DNA of 63,753 nucleotides, counting the filler, from Sphacelaria rigidula (lineage: Eukaryota): NCBI GenBank assembly GCA_964200075.2. It is 9 parts of 9 records of this genome, joined end to end, with 100 filler letters (N's around TTAATTAATTAA, not from the genome) between each part and the next. Parts side by side here need not be neighbours in the genome. Positions count along the whole stretch, not along the records: positions 7,097 to 14,092 come from CAXNAA020017040.1; positions 14,193 to 21,187 come from CAXNAA020017041.1; positions 21,288 to 28,282 come from CAXNAA020017042.1; 6 more parts are not named here. One strand, given 5' to 3'. Below are positions 12,720 to 25,930 of the stretch, piece after piece. Made by a program: the position numbers and the translations under genes. Numbering within the stretch: the stretch's first letter is position 1; each line of letters opens with the position of its first letter. The notes below the pieces were generated by a model that was given only the letters and a program-made list of their open reading frames with translations, had not been told where the DNA came from and made no database searches.

Positions 12720-13010
12720 TTTCATAAGTTAACGGCGTTTTACTCAAAACTGAATGGTGATTATGGCCTTGAATTGGTATGGACAATGAATGGAGCATAA
12801 TTGAAAATGTTATTCGTAGATCGTAATATATATATATATATATATTTTCATAAGTTAACGGCATTTTACTGAAACCTGAAAAGTGATAATGGCCTTTAAC
12901 TGGTATGGAAAATGAATAGAGCATAATTGAAAATTGTTCATAGACCGAAATATGTATACATATATATATATATATCAATAACGGCATCTTACTGAAACCT
13001 GAAAAGTGAT
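12720..13010 (+). repeat. AT-rich tandem repeat, about 127-bp unit x2.3, with (TA)n junctions
   Basis: taacggc.t.ttact.aaa.ctgaa..gtgat recurs at about 12730, 12856 and 12979. Confidence 0.8.
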
Positions 13011-14192
13011 GACTAATGCCGGGATAGCCCCCCCACAAAAAGTGCACCGGCACCATCCTACGAACCGGCTGCAATCCCACCATTGGGCTCGTTTGCAGCG
13101 ATTTCGCCCACATGAGAGGTGTAGAGCAGTCCGAAATCAGCTATAACGCTCAAATCAGTCGCGTCGTGCAGCACGAAACCAGCTTTGACGGCAGTTATGA
13201 TCATCGCCTCCGTGCGCGTTTTTGGCCGGTTTTGGGGGGGGCTATCTCGGCAGCAGTCTGTGATACTATGGAGGGTCAAAAAAACGTTTAGAGCCAGTGT
13301 CACCTCGGTTCAAACAGACCACAAGTCGAGACGTCACAGATACAAACTACATTGGGGGGGGGGATTCAACCTTCTGCTCGCTGCGGAGGTCGAGTGGATA
13401 GTAGACGAAGGATACGTGGAGAAATACAAGGTCAAAACCAGGTTGTCGACGTCGGCGAGTCTCCGCGGTGCTGATGCCGGTTCGAAGTTCGGGGTGTGGA
13501 GTAGGATGTGTGTCAAGGAGTTTATGGTGCGTGGAGTAGGTTCACAGCTTGATTAATACACGTAAAATCTCACAAAAACGGACAACGAAACACTAGTCGC
13601 GCCTAGCGGGAGCCCATCGCCTTGCAAGCATACCTCTCCAAACGAGCTCACCCTCCTCTCCTGCAACCTCGATTTTGGCTACTGGGTGAACATTTGAGCC
13701 GAAAAAGTGCAACCCTATCGTAGCACGACTCATTATTGCCCTTAACCCATGAAATAAGAAAAACTTTTGTTACCGAGGTAATTTTTTCTTTCATGCCCTG
13801 TTCATTGTTCATACCAAATTTCAGGGTCCAACTCCAAATGTAAAAAAGCGAATGGGCTTATCAAAAACCGGGTCGATAGAAATTCGGAACAGTATTTCGC
13901 AGGCCACTCACCGGCCTACGTTCGTTTTTTTCGTGTATTGAATTCTTGTGTGGGCGCTCTCTAAGGCGCATTTATCACAAAAAGTGGGTCAGGTATATAT
14001 GTATATATTTTTTTTTCACTGGTTTAAACAGGGTTGCCAGAAAAATGAGAACGTATTTTGAAATGAGAATCAACCGCTCCCCGGGATTGTGTNNNNNNNN
14101 NNNNNNNNNNNNNNNNNNNNNNNNNNNNNNNNNNNNTTAATTAATTAANNNNNNNNNNNNNNNNNNNNNNNNNNNNNNNNNNNNNNNNNNNN

Positions 14193-14400
14193 GTATTTCG
14201 TCTTGGTTTCCGCCTATCTACTTCCACACTTTCTTGATTTCTTCATCCCACCTTATTCCAGTCTGCCCTATCGTACGTTTTCTCCATACAGCCATATCAA
14301 CTATAGCTGGCAGCCACTTTCTTTGCATGTTCTTTACGCTATACTGTACTGCCATCGCAATTTCCTCATGTCTCTGTTGTTTTTAAGTGAGTACATTCTG
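14193..14400 (-). mobile_element. Fragment of the poly(C)-tailed LINE family, inverted relative to the main copy
   Basis: Reverse complement aligns with about 15545-15740 (both give LLP.FLDFFIPPYS in the ORF track). Confidence 0.8.
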
Positions 14401-14489
14401 AAGCGCGGGGGAGAAGGAATGATTGCCATGATGGTTATGCTGTACTGCTGGATTTTGGAAACGAGTACACATCCAAGAGGTGGAGAGGA

Positions 14490-16935
14490 GGAGTAGTAGT
14501 CAATCTTTTTTTTATAAAAGGAGACAAGGCTGACCCTGGGCAATGTGGAGGGACGACGCTCTTGAGCACTTGAGCACGATAGGGAAACAAGTCTGTAAGA
14601 TTCTCAACGATAGAGTGGGAACGATGCTAAAGTGAGAAGTAAAAATCAGCGGAGGGCAAGCAGGATCTAGACTAACCCGTAGTTGCGTAGACCATGTGTA
14701 CACATTAGGTAAGATTATTCAAGGTAGGAAATACGCCGGGCTGACAACGTACTGTTTCTTTCTGGACGTTCAAAAGGCTTATGATACAGTATGGAGAAAT
14801 GGGCTGGGGAAAAGGTTTCGGGAAACAGGGATCAGAGGAAAGATGTGGAGAATGGTGGAGAAGATGACAGAATGAGCCAAAAGTGCTATGTTGCTAGTCG
14901 GGGGTATATCGAAATATTTTGGTATTTTACGAGGAGTTGCACAAGGACGTACGATATCGCCCACCTTATTCGAAGTATTCAATATTGACTTGATAATAGC
15001 AATAGAAGAGACAAAGCGAGGAGTCAAGAAGGGTGAGGATATGTTATCAGGATTGATGTTCGCAGATGATTTTGTGGGAATATCAGAAACACCACAAGTA
15101 TCACAAAAGCAAATAGAGGAGGCGCCAGAATAGTCTAGGAAGTGGAGAGTGACGGGGAACGTCAGCAAATGCGTGGTACTCACATGTAACGAAGATAAAA
15201 AAAATCAATCCAGTAGAGTTCAAATGGAAGAGGGGAGAAGAAAAACAGCCGATCGTAAACCAGTATACATATCTTGGCGCAGAGATATAAGAGAACTGTT
15301 TTTGGGATGCACACATGAACAAATAGATTAGGGTAAGGCATAGATAGGCAGGATGGACGTGATCCTCAGGGACTCGCACCTAGATACTAGGATTAAGAGA
15401 TGTATCCTGATGAACGTGATCGTACCAAAGCTGGAATATCCAGGAGACGTAGAAGTTGGAAGCAGTTCAGATGACAGAAGCTAAGAAAATACTTGGATGC
15501 TCGAAAACGACGAGTAACACTGCGTACAGAGCATTATTGGTAATGCACCCACTCAAAATAAACCGAGATATGAGAAAATTGAGATGACGATATAACGTGA
15601 AGAACATGCAGAGAAAGAGACTGCCAGCCATAGTTGATAGGGCTGTATTGAAGAAAGTAACGAGACGGCATGCTATAAGGTGGGATAAAGAAGTCGAGAA
15701 AGTATGGAAGGAGATAGGTGGAAGCCAAGACAAAATACTGTCCACAGGTGAAGGTGCGGGGTACAAGATAAAAGTAAGAGACATGGTAAAAATAAGGGAA
15801 AAATAAACTCTCAGATGAAAAGTAGACGAGGAAGAACACCTCAAGATTTACGGGGGGTTGAGAGAGGGAATGGGGATGAAAACATATATGTATGGTTCAA
15901 TGGACGCGGCGAAAAACATGAAACTCCGATTTCGGGTGGGGGACCTGGACCTGCCAGAAAGAAGAAATATATATATCAAAAGTCGCGTGGAGGAGGAAGT
16001 AGATGGACAGAATTGCCCCTGTGGCAAAGCAATAGAGATCGGAAGTCATATAATGGCAATATGTGAACTATACAAGGAAGAACGGGACGTGCTAGAGGAG
16101 GACATACGGGACGTGAACGAAGGTGGCATGGAATCGTTTGATGCATTAGACAGTAGGGAGAAAGCGATGGCTATACTAGGAGATAGCTGGTGGCCACAGA
16201 CGGCGAAACAGGACGGGGAGAAGATATGTAAAAGGTTTCAAGGGTAGGTCGAGTAGAGTATGCTCAACACTCAGTATTTTTGAAGAGTCATACTTTTAGT
16301 ACTCAAAGTTTGAGTGGAGTATGTGAGGTGGCACTCGACCTACTCAATTATTTGAGTAGAGTATTTGAGATCATACTCAATCTACTCAAAATTTGAGTAG
16401 AATATTGAGGTCATACTCAAGTGATACTCTACGCTCAAGTATTACTGAGAGAGCTTACTCAATATTAGAGTAGAGCATTGGAGGCCGCACTCAACGTACT
16501 AAAAAATTGAGTAGAGTTTTGAGGTCATACTCAAGTGATACTCTATACTCAAGTATTACTGAGAGTGCTCACTCAACCTTTGAGTAGAGTATTGGAGGTC
16601 GTACTCTGACCTACTCAAAATTTGAGTAGAGTATTGGAGGCCGCACTCAACGTACCCAAAAGTCGAGTATAGTATTTGAGGCCGTACTCGACCTACTCAA
16701 ACGTCGAGTAGAATAAATGGTTATTCTACTCGAGTACTCAAAAGTACATACTCTACTCGACCTACCCTTGAAAGGTTTTTGTGTAATGTATGGAAGAAAT
16801 GTGTTGAACGCCGGATTGTTGGAGGTGTCACTATAAGGAGTAGGAATGGTGCTGCGCCTCGAAAGGGATGCGTGATCAAAGACCAAACGACTAAGGCAAA
16901 CAACGAATGAGTACAACCCTCCCTCCCTCCCCCCC
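14490..16935 (+). mobile_element. 5'-truncated, decayed LINE (RT plus C-terminal CCHC finger) ending in a C-rich tail
   Basis: Peptides KGDKADPG, FLDVQKAYDTVWR, GVAQG..ISPTLF, MFADDFVG and CPCG...SHIMAICELY. After removing the 16239-16770 MITE and one TSD copy, the frame reads KICKRF-LCNVWKK...TTKANNE*, followed by ccctccctccctccccccc. Confidence 0.9.
16239..16770. mobile_element. MITE family C (P- or hAT-like) built of palindromic subrepeats, 8-bp TSD
   Basis: Perfect 24-bp TIR caagggtaggtcgagtagagtatg / catactctactcgacctacccttg. TSD aaaggttt at 16231-16238 and 16771-16778. Interior has repeated tactcaaaatttgagta-type palindromes. Confidence 0.92.
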
Positions 16936-18429
16936 GCGAGCCCTTTTTGTTTTTTGCTGTCGCGTCCGTGCGTGTTGTGTTTGTGTATACCATGGCTACT
17001 GTTATTACACTCAAAGGGAGTTGCAGTCGGTTTTTTCTTGTCTCTCGCATTCCTGTCTGTGTGAAATAGCCCACGAGTCCGTGCCCGCCTTGTTTTTTGT
17101 GTGCTCATTTCTGTTTGTGTGCTGTCGACATGTGCCTGTGTGTGCCTGCCCGTGTGTCTGTTTTCATCTATGTACTTGTTCAGTCGTACCACATATCTCC
17201 ACTAGTCATGCTACATCTGTTCCTCGCCCACCCTAACCCTCTATGCATACAAATCGAGGCCGACATGTTTAGGGAGAGAAGCTCGTTTTTGCTTTTTTGT
17301 GCTGTGTATCTGCACACACTGATTACAACAGAGGATACAGTACCCCACGTTGAAAGTATTTGTCTTTTTAGGTGCTTTCGCTTGCCACTGCTCGTCACAT
17401 GGGGGACCTGAAGATACTAGTATCCGCTCCACATCCCAAGAAAAAAAATCCGTATTCAATGTTCAGCGACTTCCGGGCTGACGGATCATCGGGGGTCCTG
17501 CCACTTTTCAGCTCAGATTCTGACTGTTCGGTATTTACGGTTGATCGAGCCTGTCCCGATCGTACTTGTGAAGAAATAAGAAGGATTTTATCCTTAAATT
17601 CTACCTACTCGTTGCAGTAGAGCCGAAAAGCTATGTTTGACTGTCGATATCACCCTCCTGATAAACGAGGTATCTATCCGTATCGCCCAATAACACCAAC
17701 CAACGCTAACTTGGGCACTATGTTCCGAGGACGATCTGTTTATTGTAGCAAAATCTACCGACGCTAGCACTTTTGACCTCTATCGAAGAGCAGTACGCGA
17801 GAAAAACCCCAGAACAACCGGTGTCACTATGAACGTGGGGTACTACAATATACATGAACTATTTTGTCGAAGCGTTGTTTCCCTTTTTATCAACGCCACA
17901 CCTTGATTTACTCTTGCGCGTGTGCGGAGCTGAAACTTGGTTTGGTTCATTTCATCGCATCCCCCGACCACCTTCCGCTTTGCAACACCACACGTTGACA
18001 ATCTTGCACATGCGTCGGAGTTCTAAGACTTCTTCTGCCGTGAGGTGGTGTGTGTTGTTGTGGGGTGCGTTTCCTGTTATGCCTACTGTAATATATTCGT
18101 AGGCATAGCTGTCCCTCTAGGGGTGCAACGATGGAAGCCTGCGACTCTTTTCGCTTTGGCTGGTGATCGTGGCTGTCGAGTTTGGCTCCCTTCCTCTTTG
18201 GCCTCCCGTGTTGAGTGGACCAATGGGTCCTGCCTCCAGTAGCCCGGATGGTCACATACGGCATCGGAACTTGGAGGGCTAGCAGTCTTTCTTTTACCTT
18301 CCTCTTTTTCTTGTTTTTTATTATTTTCATTTTATTTGTTTTTTGTTTTTTTTGTGTCGCGCCTTTGTGATTCGTTTTTGGGTCTGATTATTATTTTATG
18401 ATTTCCTTTTACCCTAGCTTGGGGTGCTG

Positions 18430-18515
18430 AGCCTGAGACCACGGAAGGCGTCCGCATCAGGTGCCCAGTACACAGAACTCCGCGAATGTCGGAACGGGTT
18501 TTAATGTGAAGATAA

Positions 18516-18578
<63 letters not shown>

Positions 18579-18579
18579 C
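18430..18579 (+). mobile_element. Retroposon 3' end with (CAA)n tail
   Basis: gaccacggaaggcgtccgcatcag...ttttaatgtgaag+(caa)n. Near-identical end at about 46650-46760; related end at about 44355-44477. Confidence 0.7.
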
Positions 18580-20030
18580 TGTAGTATCACATTATCCGCT
18601 GACCACGTACAACTCCCTTTTCCCTCGGTGCGGGCTCATGTGTCTCTATACTGACGCCTCTCCTACTGCAGCGGCGTCTCAAGAGCTACGAGTGGGCATC
18701 TGGGGAAGGCGATACCGTGGATCAGGTGCAGTATGCCGCGGGTTGAACACAGGTCGCCCAAAGTAATGTCGCACGTAACAGCAGAAATAAGTATCAGTCC
18801 ACTCGGTGAAGTAAATCCTTTGGAGAACTACCACCGAACAGTTAGCATAAACATGAGATAGCGAGATGTGTATACAGAGAGGCCTATGAACTTGTAATTT
18901 TGCATCACCCCTGTTACCCGTCCATGACCCTTTGGCGTCCTTCCACGCCTGTTTAAAGCTGTCAGCGTGGACATCCCTCTAGAAGCGAGTCGTCAAAAAT
19001 GCACGAAAAATAAATCTATGCAAATGAACACGTTTACAAAATGCACCTTGAGAGCAAATCTCTCCGGAGAACGAGCACCTGAAGTGTATCCAAACCCTTG
19101 TAGTGTAGCCCTAATGGATACGAAAAGCGTAACCTCCTCCGCCAGTGAAGTCCTGTCGGTACACTCTAGAAACGTGAAGATACCGCGCTCGCGTCGTGGT
19201 CAGTGACCAGGAGTTCTCTCGATAAGGTAACCGTGCGAGTGCCCCATGAGTTACAGCTTGCTAGACCGTATCGTTCAAGCGAGGGCTTGATCTAGTATTC
19301 CTGGGTACTGTATACTATTTCCTTCTCGCAGTTACGTGTAACGCCCATCCCGCAAGCACCAGCGACACGTCTCCCGTGCCTATCATTGACGAACTAGTCA
19401 TGAGCATTCGATTTTGATCCGCTTGAGCATCTTGGAGTAGTTTCTGAGCACTAGAACGTGGTCGACTCACAACGTCTAAGTGACGATGGCCCCGCCGTCC
19501 GAGTAGCAGCAGAAGCAAGGGTTCGACTGGAGGCTTTCGAAGTCTACTTCGATCATATGTTCGTCGATCGCGCTCCATCATTTTGCTTGGGTTCTGGCAG
19601 GGGTCGTGAAGATGGCTTTTGGGACATTATTTCCATGCTAGTGGAAGTCCGTTTCCGCCTCATCCGGGTGCCATCTTGACATGCACTTGCTACATGACAT
19701 ATTTGTGTGCGGTGTAGAGACTGAAGGATACGGTACTCTTGGTAAACGCCCAGCATGTTTCGGTTATCGACAGGTGGGCGCTAGGAATAAAGTCCACGGA
19801 AGGTGTTTCTATAAACATCGAACATGTCTTTTTGCACATACGGGTTTGACAGAAAAAATGAACTGACCTAAAAACATCTTTCCTTGTCTTTTTGTCTTTT
19901 AGGTTTATTGAACGTTGGTTGAAAGGTGCACACAAGTGCAACCGAGGAAAATAGTTTCCTCATCACAGTTTGTTCAGTATGCACGACCGTGCAATCATGA
20001 GACCTGCTGTTTGCTTTTTTTTTGTCGCAG

Positions 20031-20170
20031 GTCGCCGCCGATGGCTCACTGAAATTCCTCGCGGAGACGCCGGCTCAGCTGCTTGTGGCGGATGACCTCA
20101 CCCCGGTGAAAGGCGAAGAGGAAGACGAGGATGCGGCTGCTGAAAGTGGCGCTCTGCCGTGCAGGACTAG
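20031..20170 (+). CDS. Orphan internal exon, unknown protein
   Basis: Poly-T tract plus CAG acceptor. GC-rich open frame VAADGSLKFLAETPAQLLVADDLTPVKGEEEDEDAAAESGALPCRT, then a GT donor at 20171. Confidence 0.5.
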
Positions 20171-21097
20171 GTGGGGGGCGAAACAGTCAGCGTACCTCTT
20201 TCAACCGGACAGAGCTGTTCACGTGATTATTATTTTCAAATTTGAAATCCAAGTTTTGAATTCCACATTTTTACACCCGGCCCCAATTCCCCAGTTTCGA
20301 CCTCCAACTTTTCCACACGTCTGACAGCTCATGAGCTACCCAAATATAAATCTTGCCTCTTATTAGTGTACTAATCTGGATCATGAGCTAGCTTTTTTGG
20401 CCCATTTTTCCTTATTTTCTCCCTGGAGAGCTGGACGCCGGCCACGCGGAGTAGCACAACGGTAGCGTTTTGGCTTCTCGGACCCCCTTATCACATACTT
20501 TATGCTTTTGGACCTCAGATCTGAGAGCCGTCTCCGATCATTTATTTTAGGTCGCTCAAGAGCTGTCCGACGTGTGAACGTTTCCTTCATTTGAGATATG
20601 AATTTTGAAACCCAATATCTTTGACAACCCGGGCCGTCGTTGACAACGGCACTCTTAAAACCCTTTAGCTAATAGTACTACTCAGAGGCGCGCTAGGAAA
20701 CGAACGCAACCAACGAAACATGCATACACACACACACATGAAACTTTGTTCGCATAATGTCCACAAAAATAAACCGCAAAAGCACGTACAAGTTTCGTCG
20801 AGTCGGTGGCTGTTTTTTGCGTAGCGTCCACAACGTGCTGTGGACCGGAGAGCGTATTGATGAGGAGTCATGCTACGATAGGGAGAGGGGGGGAGAGGGG
20901 GGATTTTGGGCCGTTTTCTTCTACCAAATTCCACTTCAATCGCCGTTGAAAGCAGCCAACAGTTGTTCGAGCACGCTTGCTCCCGATGAAGCACGCTCGT
21001 TCATACTGCTTTACACCGCTTCTACTCATGTACAAGCGCACCGCGAGTGTTTTAGGTCGTTTAACGCATCTATGAGCACAGTTTAATGCGCTGTTGA

Positions 21098-21128
<31 letters not shown>

Positions 21129-21574
21129 CCCCCCTCCCCCCCCGCTCGCCCCGGCCCCAAAACCACCCCCGCAAACCCGCAACCAAGNNNNNNNNNNNNN
21201 NNNNNNNNNNNNNNNNNNNNNNNNNNNNNNNTTAATTAATTAANNNNNNNNNNNNNNNNNNNNNNNNNNNNNNNNNNNNNNNNNNNNGGGAGAATGTCAA
21301 CTCCGCACAATTGGGATGATGGTACTACGTGGTGTCTGAATGGTGAGACACCTATGAGGCAGTGCATAAACCGTGGCTGCCTCTGGAAGTGGCGATACCA
21401 CAAAATAAAGCAACTCATCGGAGGCTGTCATTCAAATGCAAGATTATCAGTAGGTTTCGGGCCGGACAATCTCGGCAGGATGCAGCTCACCCATCATGCG
21501 ACTCGCTGAACAACACACCACGGCGCTTCGCGCTTGGCGATTGGTTGCGAGCCTGGTCCGGCGAAAACCCGGCG

Positions 21575-21670
21575 TGCTCCGTCCCGTCTTTGTAGGGATG
21601 CGAGGTCAATGGTCATTAGACTTTGGCACAGAAGATCATGAGTAACCCACCCATCCCCACCCACCCCCTC
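21575..21670 (+). mobile_element. Divergent 3' end of the poly(C)-tailed LINE group
   Basis: gtgctccgtc...gggatgcgaggtcaatggtca...atgagtaa followed by cccacccatccccacccaccccc. Confidence 0.65.
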
Positions 21671-22619
21671 CTCTCCTTTGACCTATTTGGATCGGGTGAT
21701 GGAGAAGTGACGATTTATAGTTGACGTTTTCTTGGGCAAGATATGGTTGTATCAGTTGCACGTAATAAATTTTGTATCACCCCGCTCTATCCCCGCGCCC
21801 GCTCAATGGTGATTTTTTTTTCAACGTTATCCCATCTAACAATTTCCCAACCGTTAACCCTGGCATGTGCTGTGCTGTGTTGTGCGAAGGATCTCGGGTG
21901 TTGCTTGAGCTACGTGGATAAGCTGCCGTGTAAGCACCCCCACAAGAAGACCAAAAAGGTGATGACAACTAATATCATCACTAATGCCATTTTTCCCGAA
22001 GCGCTCTGCCCGTAGTGAGAGGCATGCGAAGGAAATGAACCTGTTCGCTCTTTTTCTGAGAAAAAAAACATTTTTTATTTTCATTTCTTTGTCTTTCCTT
22101 CCTTTTAATGGAGTTCATGCAAGCGCGTAGGGTATAGGGGGAAGGGGCATGCAACATGGCAATTCTTCTCGCGTCGGGGGCAGGGAGGAAGGGGGGGGAA
22201 GAGACAGCTTGCGAATTTCAATTTTCACGTGTTGGAAACCGGACCTGTTGGAAAGCTTTTTTTTTTTCCCTTCGTCCCCTGGCGAATGACTTACCATAAG
22301 AACTCTTGTGAATATAATTGTGTCGATACGTGTGCTGTTCAGGGGATTCCGGTAGCTCAATCCGATCAAGCACGCACGAGTGTAACGAGAGGATCGCAAG
22401 GACGTTAATGTTTTTCTGGTTGTTGTTGTCATTCCTCGGGGAGATCTCGTGTTTTAGTTTATTTAACAGGGGGTCCTGAAAAACGGGAAGGAATTCTTTG
22501 TGTGGGAACGACAAAGAAAATGGGGCTCGAAACTATGCAGAATGTACCCCTCCAAGGCACCGACGATACTGGAGGTCCTCAAAAGGTTGAAAAGTCTAGC
22601 CCAGAGGTTGTGGTACCAT

Positions 22620-22825
22620 TATTTATCTTTATTTCGGTATTTTTTTATTGCACTTTGAACCCCTTCCCTTCCTCGTGACGAGTCCGTGCTCTACTGGTCT
22701 CAAGGGATCATCCCGTCTCTCCCCCGGTAGACGCGTTGCACTTTGGTCTCGCGGATTGGGTCATGACTATCAGCACTCCCGTACCGCGTCGAATCACGTC
22801 AACAAACAAACTCAATCGACTGTTT
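22620..22825 (-). mobile_element. SINE family B, 3' part
   Basis: gcactttgaaccccttcccttcctcg...gagtccgtgctct...tctcccccgg.agacgc.ttgca.tttggtctcgcgg.ttgggtcatgactatca matches 55000-55170. Confidence 0.8.
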
Positions 22826-25633
22826 TGAAAATGAAAATGAGGGCCATTTGTCTCCGAAGTAATGCACGTCATGTGCGGGCCTGAAAACGTGTTTTACTCT
22901 GGCCCAAAAACTCGAATTATGCTGTTGATGAAATTTCAGAACTCCCAACCGCTCCTCTCGGATCATGTTGATATATGGATCATATTTATATATATATATA
23001 TACTTGTGCATGTTGTCCCCCTCTGTGGTCGTTGGAGAGCTGTTGAGTTTGATGAGAGTTTGAAATTGATTTTCTTCAATGAAGTTGTCCGCAAGTGGCG
23101 AGAGCCAAAATAAGTTGAACCTTTCGAAACGCTGAATGTTGGGCACTATTGCCTGTTCTAGGTCAGCGTCGGACGTATACCATGTCTCACAATTTCACCC
23201 CCATTTTTGTGTTCGTTTGTCGTTTCCATAAAAACAATTCGTCCTAATGTTTCCAGCATCCCCTTGCTATGTGCGGTTTATGACGATACCCTCTTTTCTC
23301 TTCGTTCTTGCTGTTGCTTGTGGGTGTTCCTTTCATTTTTATTTCCCTTCCCTTTAATTTCTTCATTTTGTTTTTCCTTTTTATTATTAGTATTTTTTTC
23401 CCGTCTTTTTCTCACCTTCATTTCCTCTTCACCCACTTCTCTCTCTTTTTTGCCTTTCTTCTTCATACATTCAACAGGTGCTCCCGCCGAAGGAAAGCAT
23501 GGAAGCGGCGAGGTCAGGTGCCCCCGTTCCCGGTGGTGTTCAAACTAGCGTAGAAGAATGGACTCTTCAGGTCAGTTTTTCATCCGAGTGGTCGTGGCCC
23601 TATGCCTGGACTGATTCCGCGATAGCCCTCAACCCCCCCCCCCCCCCGATAAGTGGCTGGTACGAGGGGACGAACTTTATATGTCAATGATAGTGGCAAA
23701 AGCGGAGCAAACCCCACGGCTGGAAACTTCCACGCTTGGGATTGTTTTCGCTAATATCGCATACATGAGGTGCTTTTCCAATCTCAAGCCAGCTATCATG
23801 CGCCGTATGACGACTCTCTTCGAGACTATTCTGGGTCCGGTATGGGGTGCGAGGGGGGCGGAGGGGGTGCTATCGCGGGGTCATTGAATACCTGTTTCCC
23901 AATATATACGCATGTGTCTATCCATCGTATCGGCCCTTTTGTTTCAGACCCGCGGTCGAAAGTTGAAGTGTTCACGGGCAACAGCCACGCACACAAAATA
24001 TCATACTCTTCTCCTTGGAGGTATTGTCACTGCATAAGCGAGGTGCGGGTGGTACTTTCACTTTCCCATCAGGGAAGAAACGAAGACAACTGCGCCACCT
24101 GGAAGATGATAACTTTTCGAGAGTGATATTTAAGGGGTGGTACCTGATGTATGTAGGTTTTTGTTGCATATAATTCGCACAAACTATGGGTTCTTGTTCT
24201 TCGGTCTTCCACATTGAAATCAAGCGATTGTAACGCCTCGGCGGGGTTTCCGGTTCAAAATGACCCTTTTTGAACGAGACGCATAAGTTTCTTGGAAAAA
24301 AAAAAAGCGCATAAAAAATGAAAGCCTGAATGTACGCTGGGGTAGTCTAAACAGGGTGGTGTGTCCTTTTCGGGGATGAGGTAGTGGTTGCGTACCCTGG
24401 AATTGATCATAAGCGTTACCGTTATTCAAGTGCCTCTCGCGGTATCTAGCCCTCGCGACGAGATTGGACGACGCAAGTGACGTCGAGTTTCGATCTCGTT
24501 GTTGTCTTGTTCAGTCGCGTTTTTCATATTTTTCGGAGGATGGAGGACCGCTGCACGTACCATTGACTGAGAAAAATCCCACGGCAACTCACTCTGTCGA
24601 TACCGGATCTCTGAGTCAAGTTAAAAACTTGAAAAGAAATATATTTTGCGAGCTTTCCTCTCAAACATGGGACAGCAGTTTTTTTTTCATTAGCATACTC
24701 AGAAGATGATTTTTCTCAAGATTTGGGTCGCTGGTTAAAAACAATCGGTAGGGAGGAAGCATCTCGGGTCGGAGAAGTAATATCCAAGCGAAAATGTAGC
24801 GCTACCTTTCCGCATGTCATGTACGTATCACTTTGATTGAAGGGAGGTACTGGCCAGACGAAGTTATTACGAGCTGGGCCAGCTGACTGATTCCCGAATG
24901 TGTCCGGGCCGGGCGGTGTGTAATCCGAAGCGTTTGGCGCTGAAATTTTGACACAACATTTTTCTCATTACTACGCACAACCTTCCTGGGGATGCCAACA
25001 AAACAGCAACAATAGAAAGTTAGAGCGATTTGAAGTTTCTGCAAAAATTAGAAGAATGTATAGCTCCGTGAAAATAAAGAAATATGGGGGCATCTCCAGT
25101 GTAGTTGTGCGTCCTTTTGTGGCGGAGGTCGTGGTACAATTTCGGCCAAAAATTCCAGAAATTTGGCGCAGCATCCACCTTTTCGTGTGGCACGGCTGCG
25201 CTCGTTTAATCCAAGTGATGCAGTAGACTATGTTGTAGTTATGTAGGTCACGAATTCGAATCCCGGCGGATTCCTTTTCTTTTGTTCCGTCGGTTAGGTG
25301 ATACATTATGCATTCCATATATATATACATATATATATATATTCATTCAGCGGCGGTCCCGTGCGTTGCCACGTTGGTGTGCAGGTCACAGCGATATGCT
25401 CAAGTCGGCCTGACTTGATAAACTTGCTAAGTTATGGTGTGAGATGCAAATGCGGGATTTATTGCTGGCCCAGCTCGTACTCATTTGGTTTTTTTTCCGA
25501 CTTGAACAGGAGGACAGTCTCATACTGTCGGCCGTAGAGCAATTCGGGGAGAACTGGAGGCTGGTGGCATTTTTCCTGAACAAGTCTCCGTGCGTCCGAG
25601 GTCGTATCAGGTAGGCTATTGGAGCACTAGACT

Positions 25634-25930
25634 TCACCACTTGGTAGGCATGGAAACTTCCGACTTGGTTTTAGTGCGTATGCCGAAATCCGGATCTTTA
25701 ATTTGGGCTGTGCTCCTGGCGTGCGCAGAACGTGTTCTCGTCTAGATCGGTGCCGCAGGCAAATATTTGAGGTCTGGTAGCGCACACTTTGCCTAGGGAA
25801 CACTGTGCGCCCCTCTTGCCCGAGGGTTCTCGATATGCCTTCGTTGTGGTGAAGGTGCGGGTTAGAGTTAGAGTCAGAGTTATTCGAAATCATGATTTTC
25901 CGAGAAAGTTTCATGCCTACTAAGTGGTAA
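25634..25930. mobile_element. MITE family D carrying a degenerate telomere-like tract
   Basis: Imperfect TIR tcaccacttggtaggcatggaaac / gtttcatgcctactaagtggtaa. Interior is homologous to 12-190 and includes gggttagagttagagtcagagtt. Confidence 0.7.

Noticed and set aside
16239-16770. CRISPR-like array of palindromic repeats (also 58288-59435)
   Set aside because: Units are degenerate and abut without unique spacers, there are no cas genes, and the block has TIRs and an 8-bp TSD.
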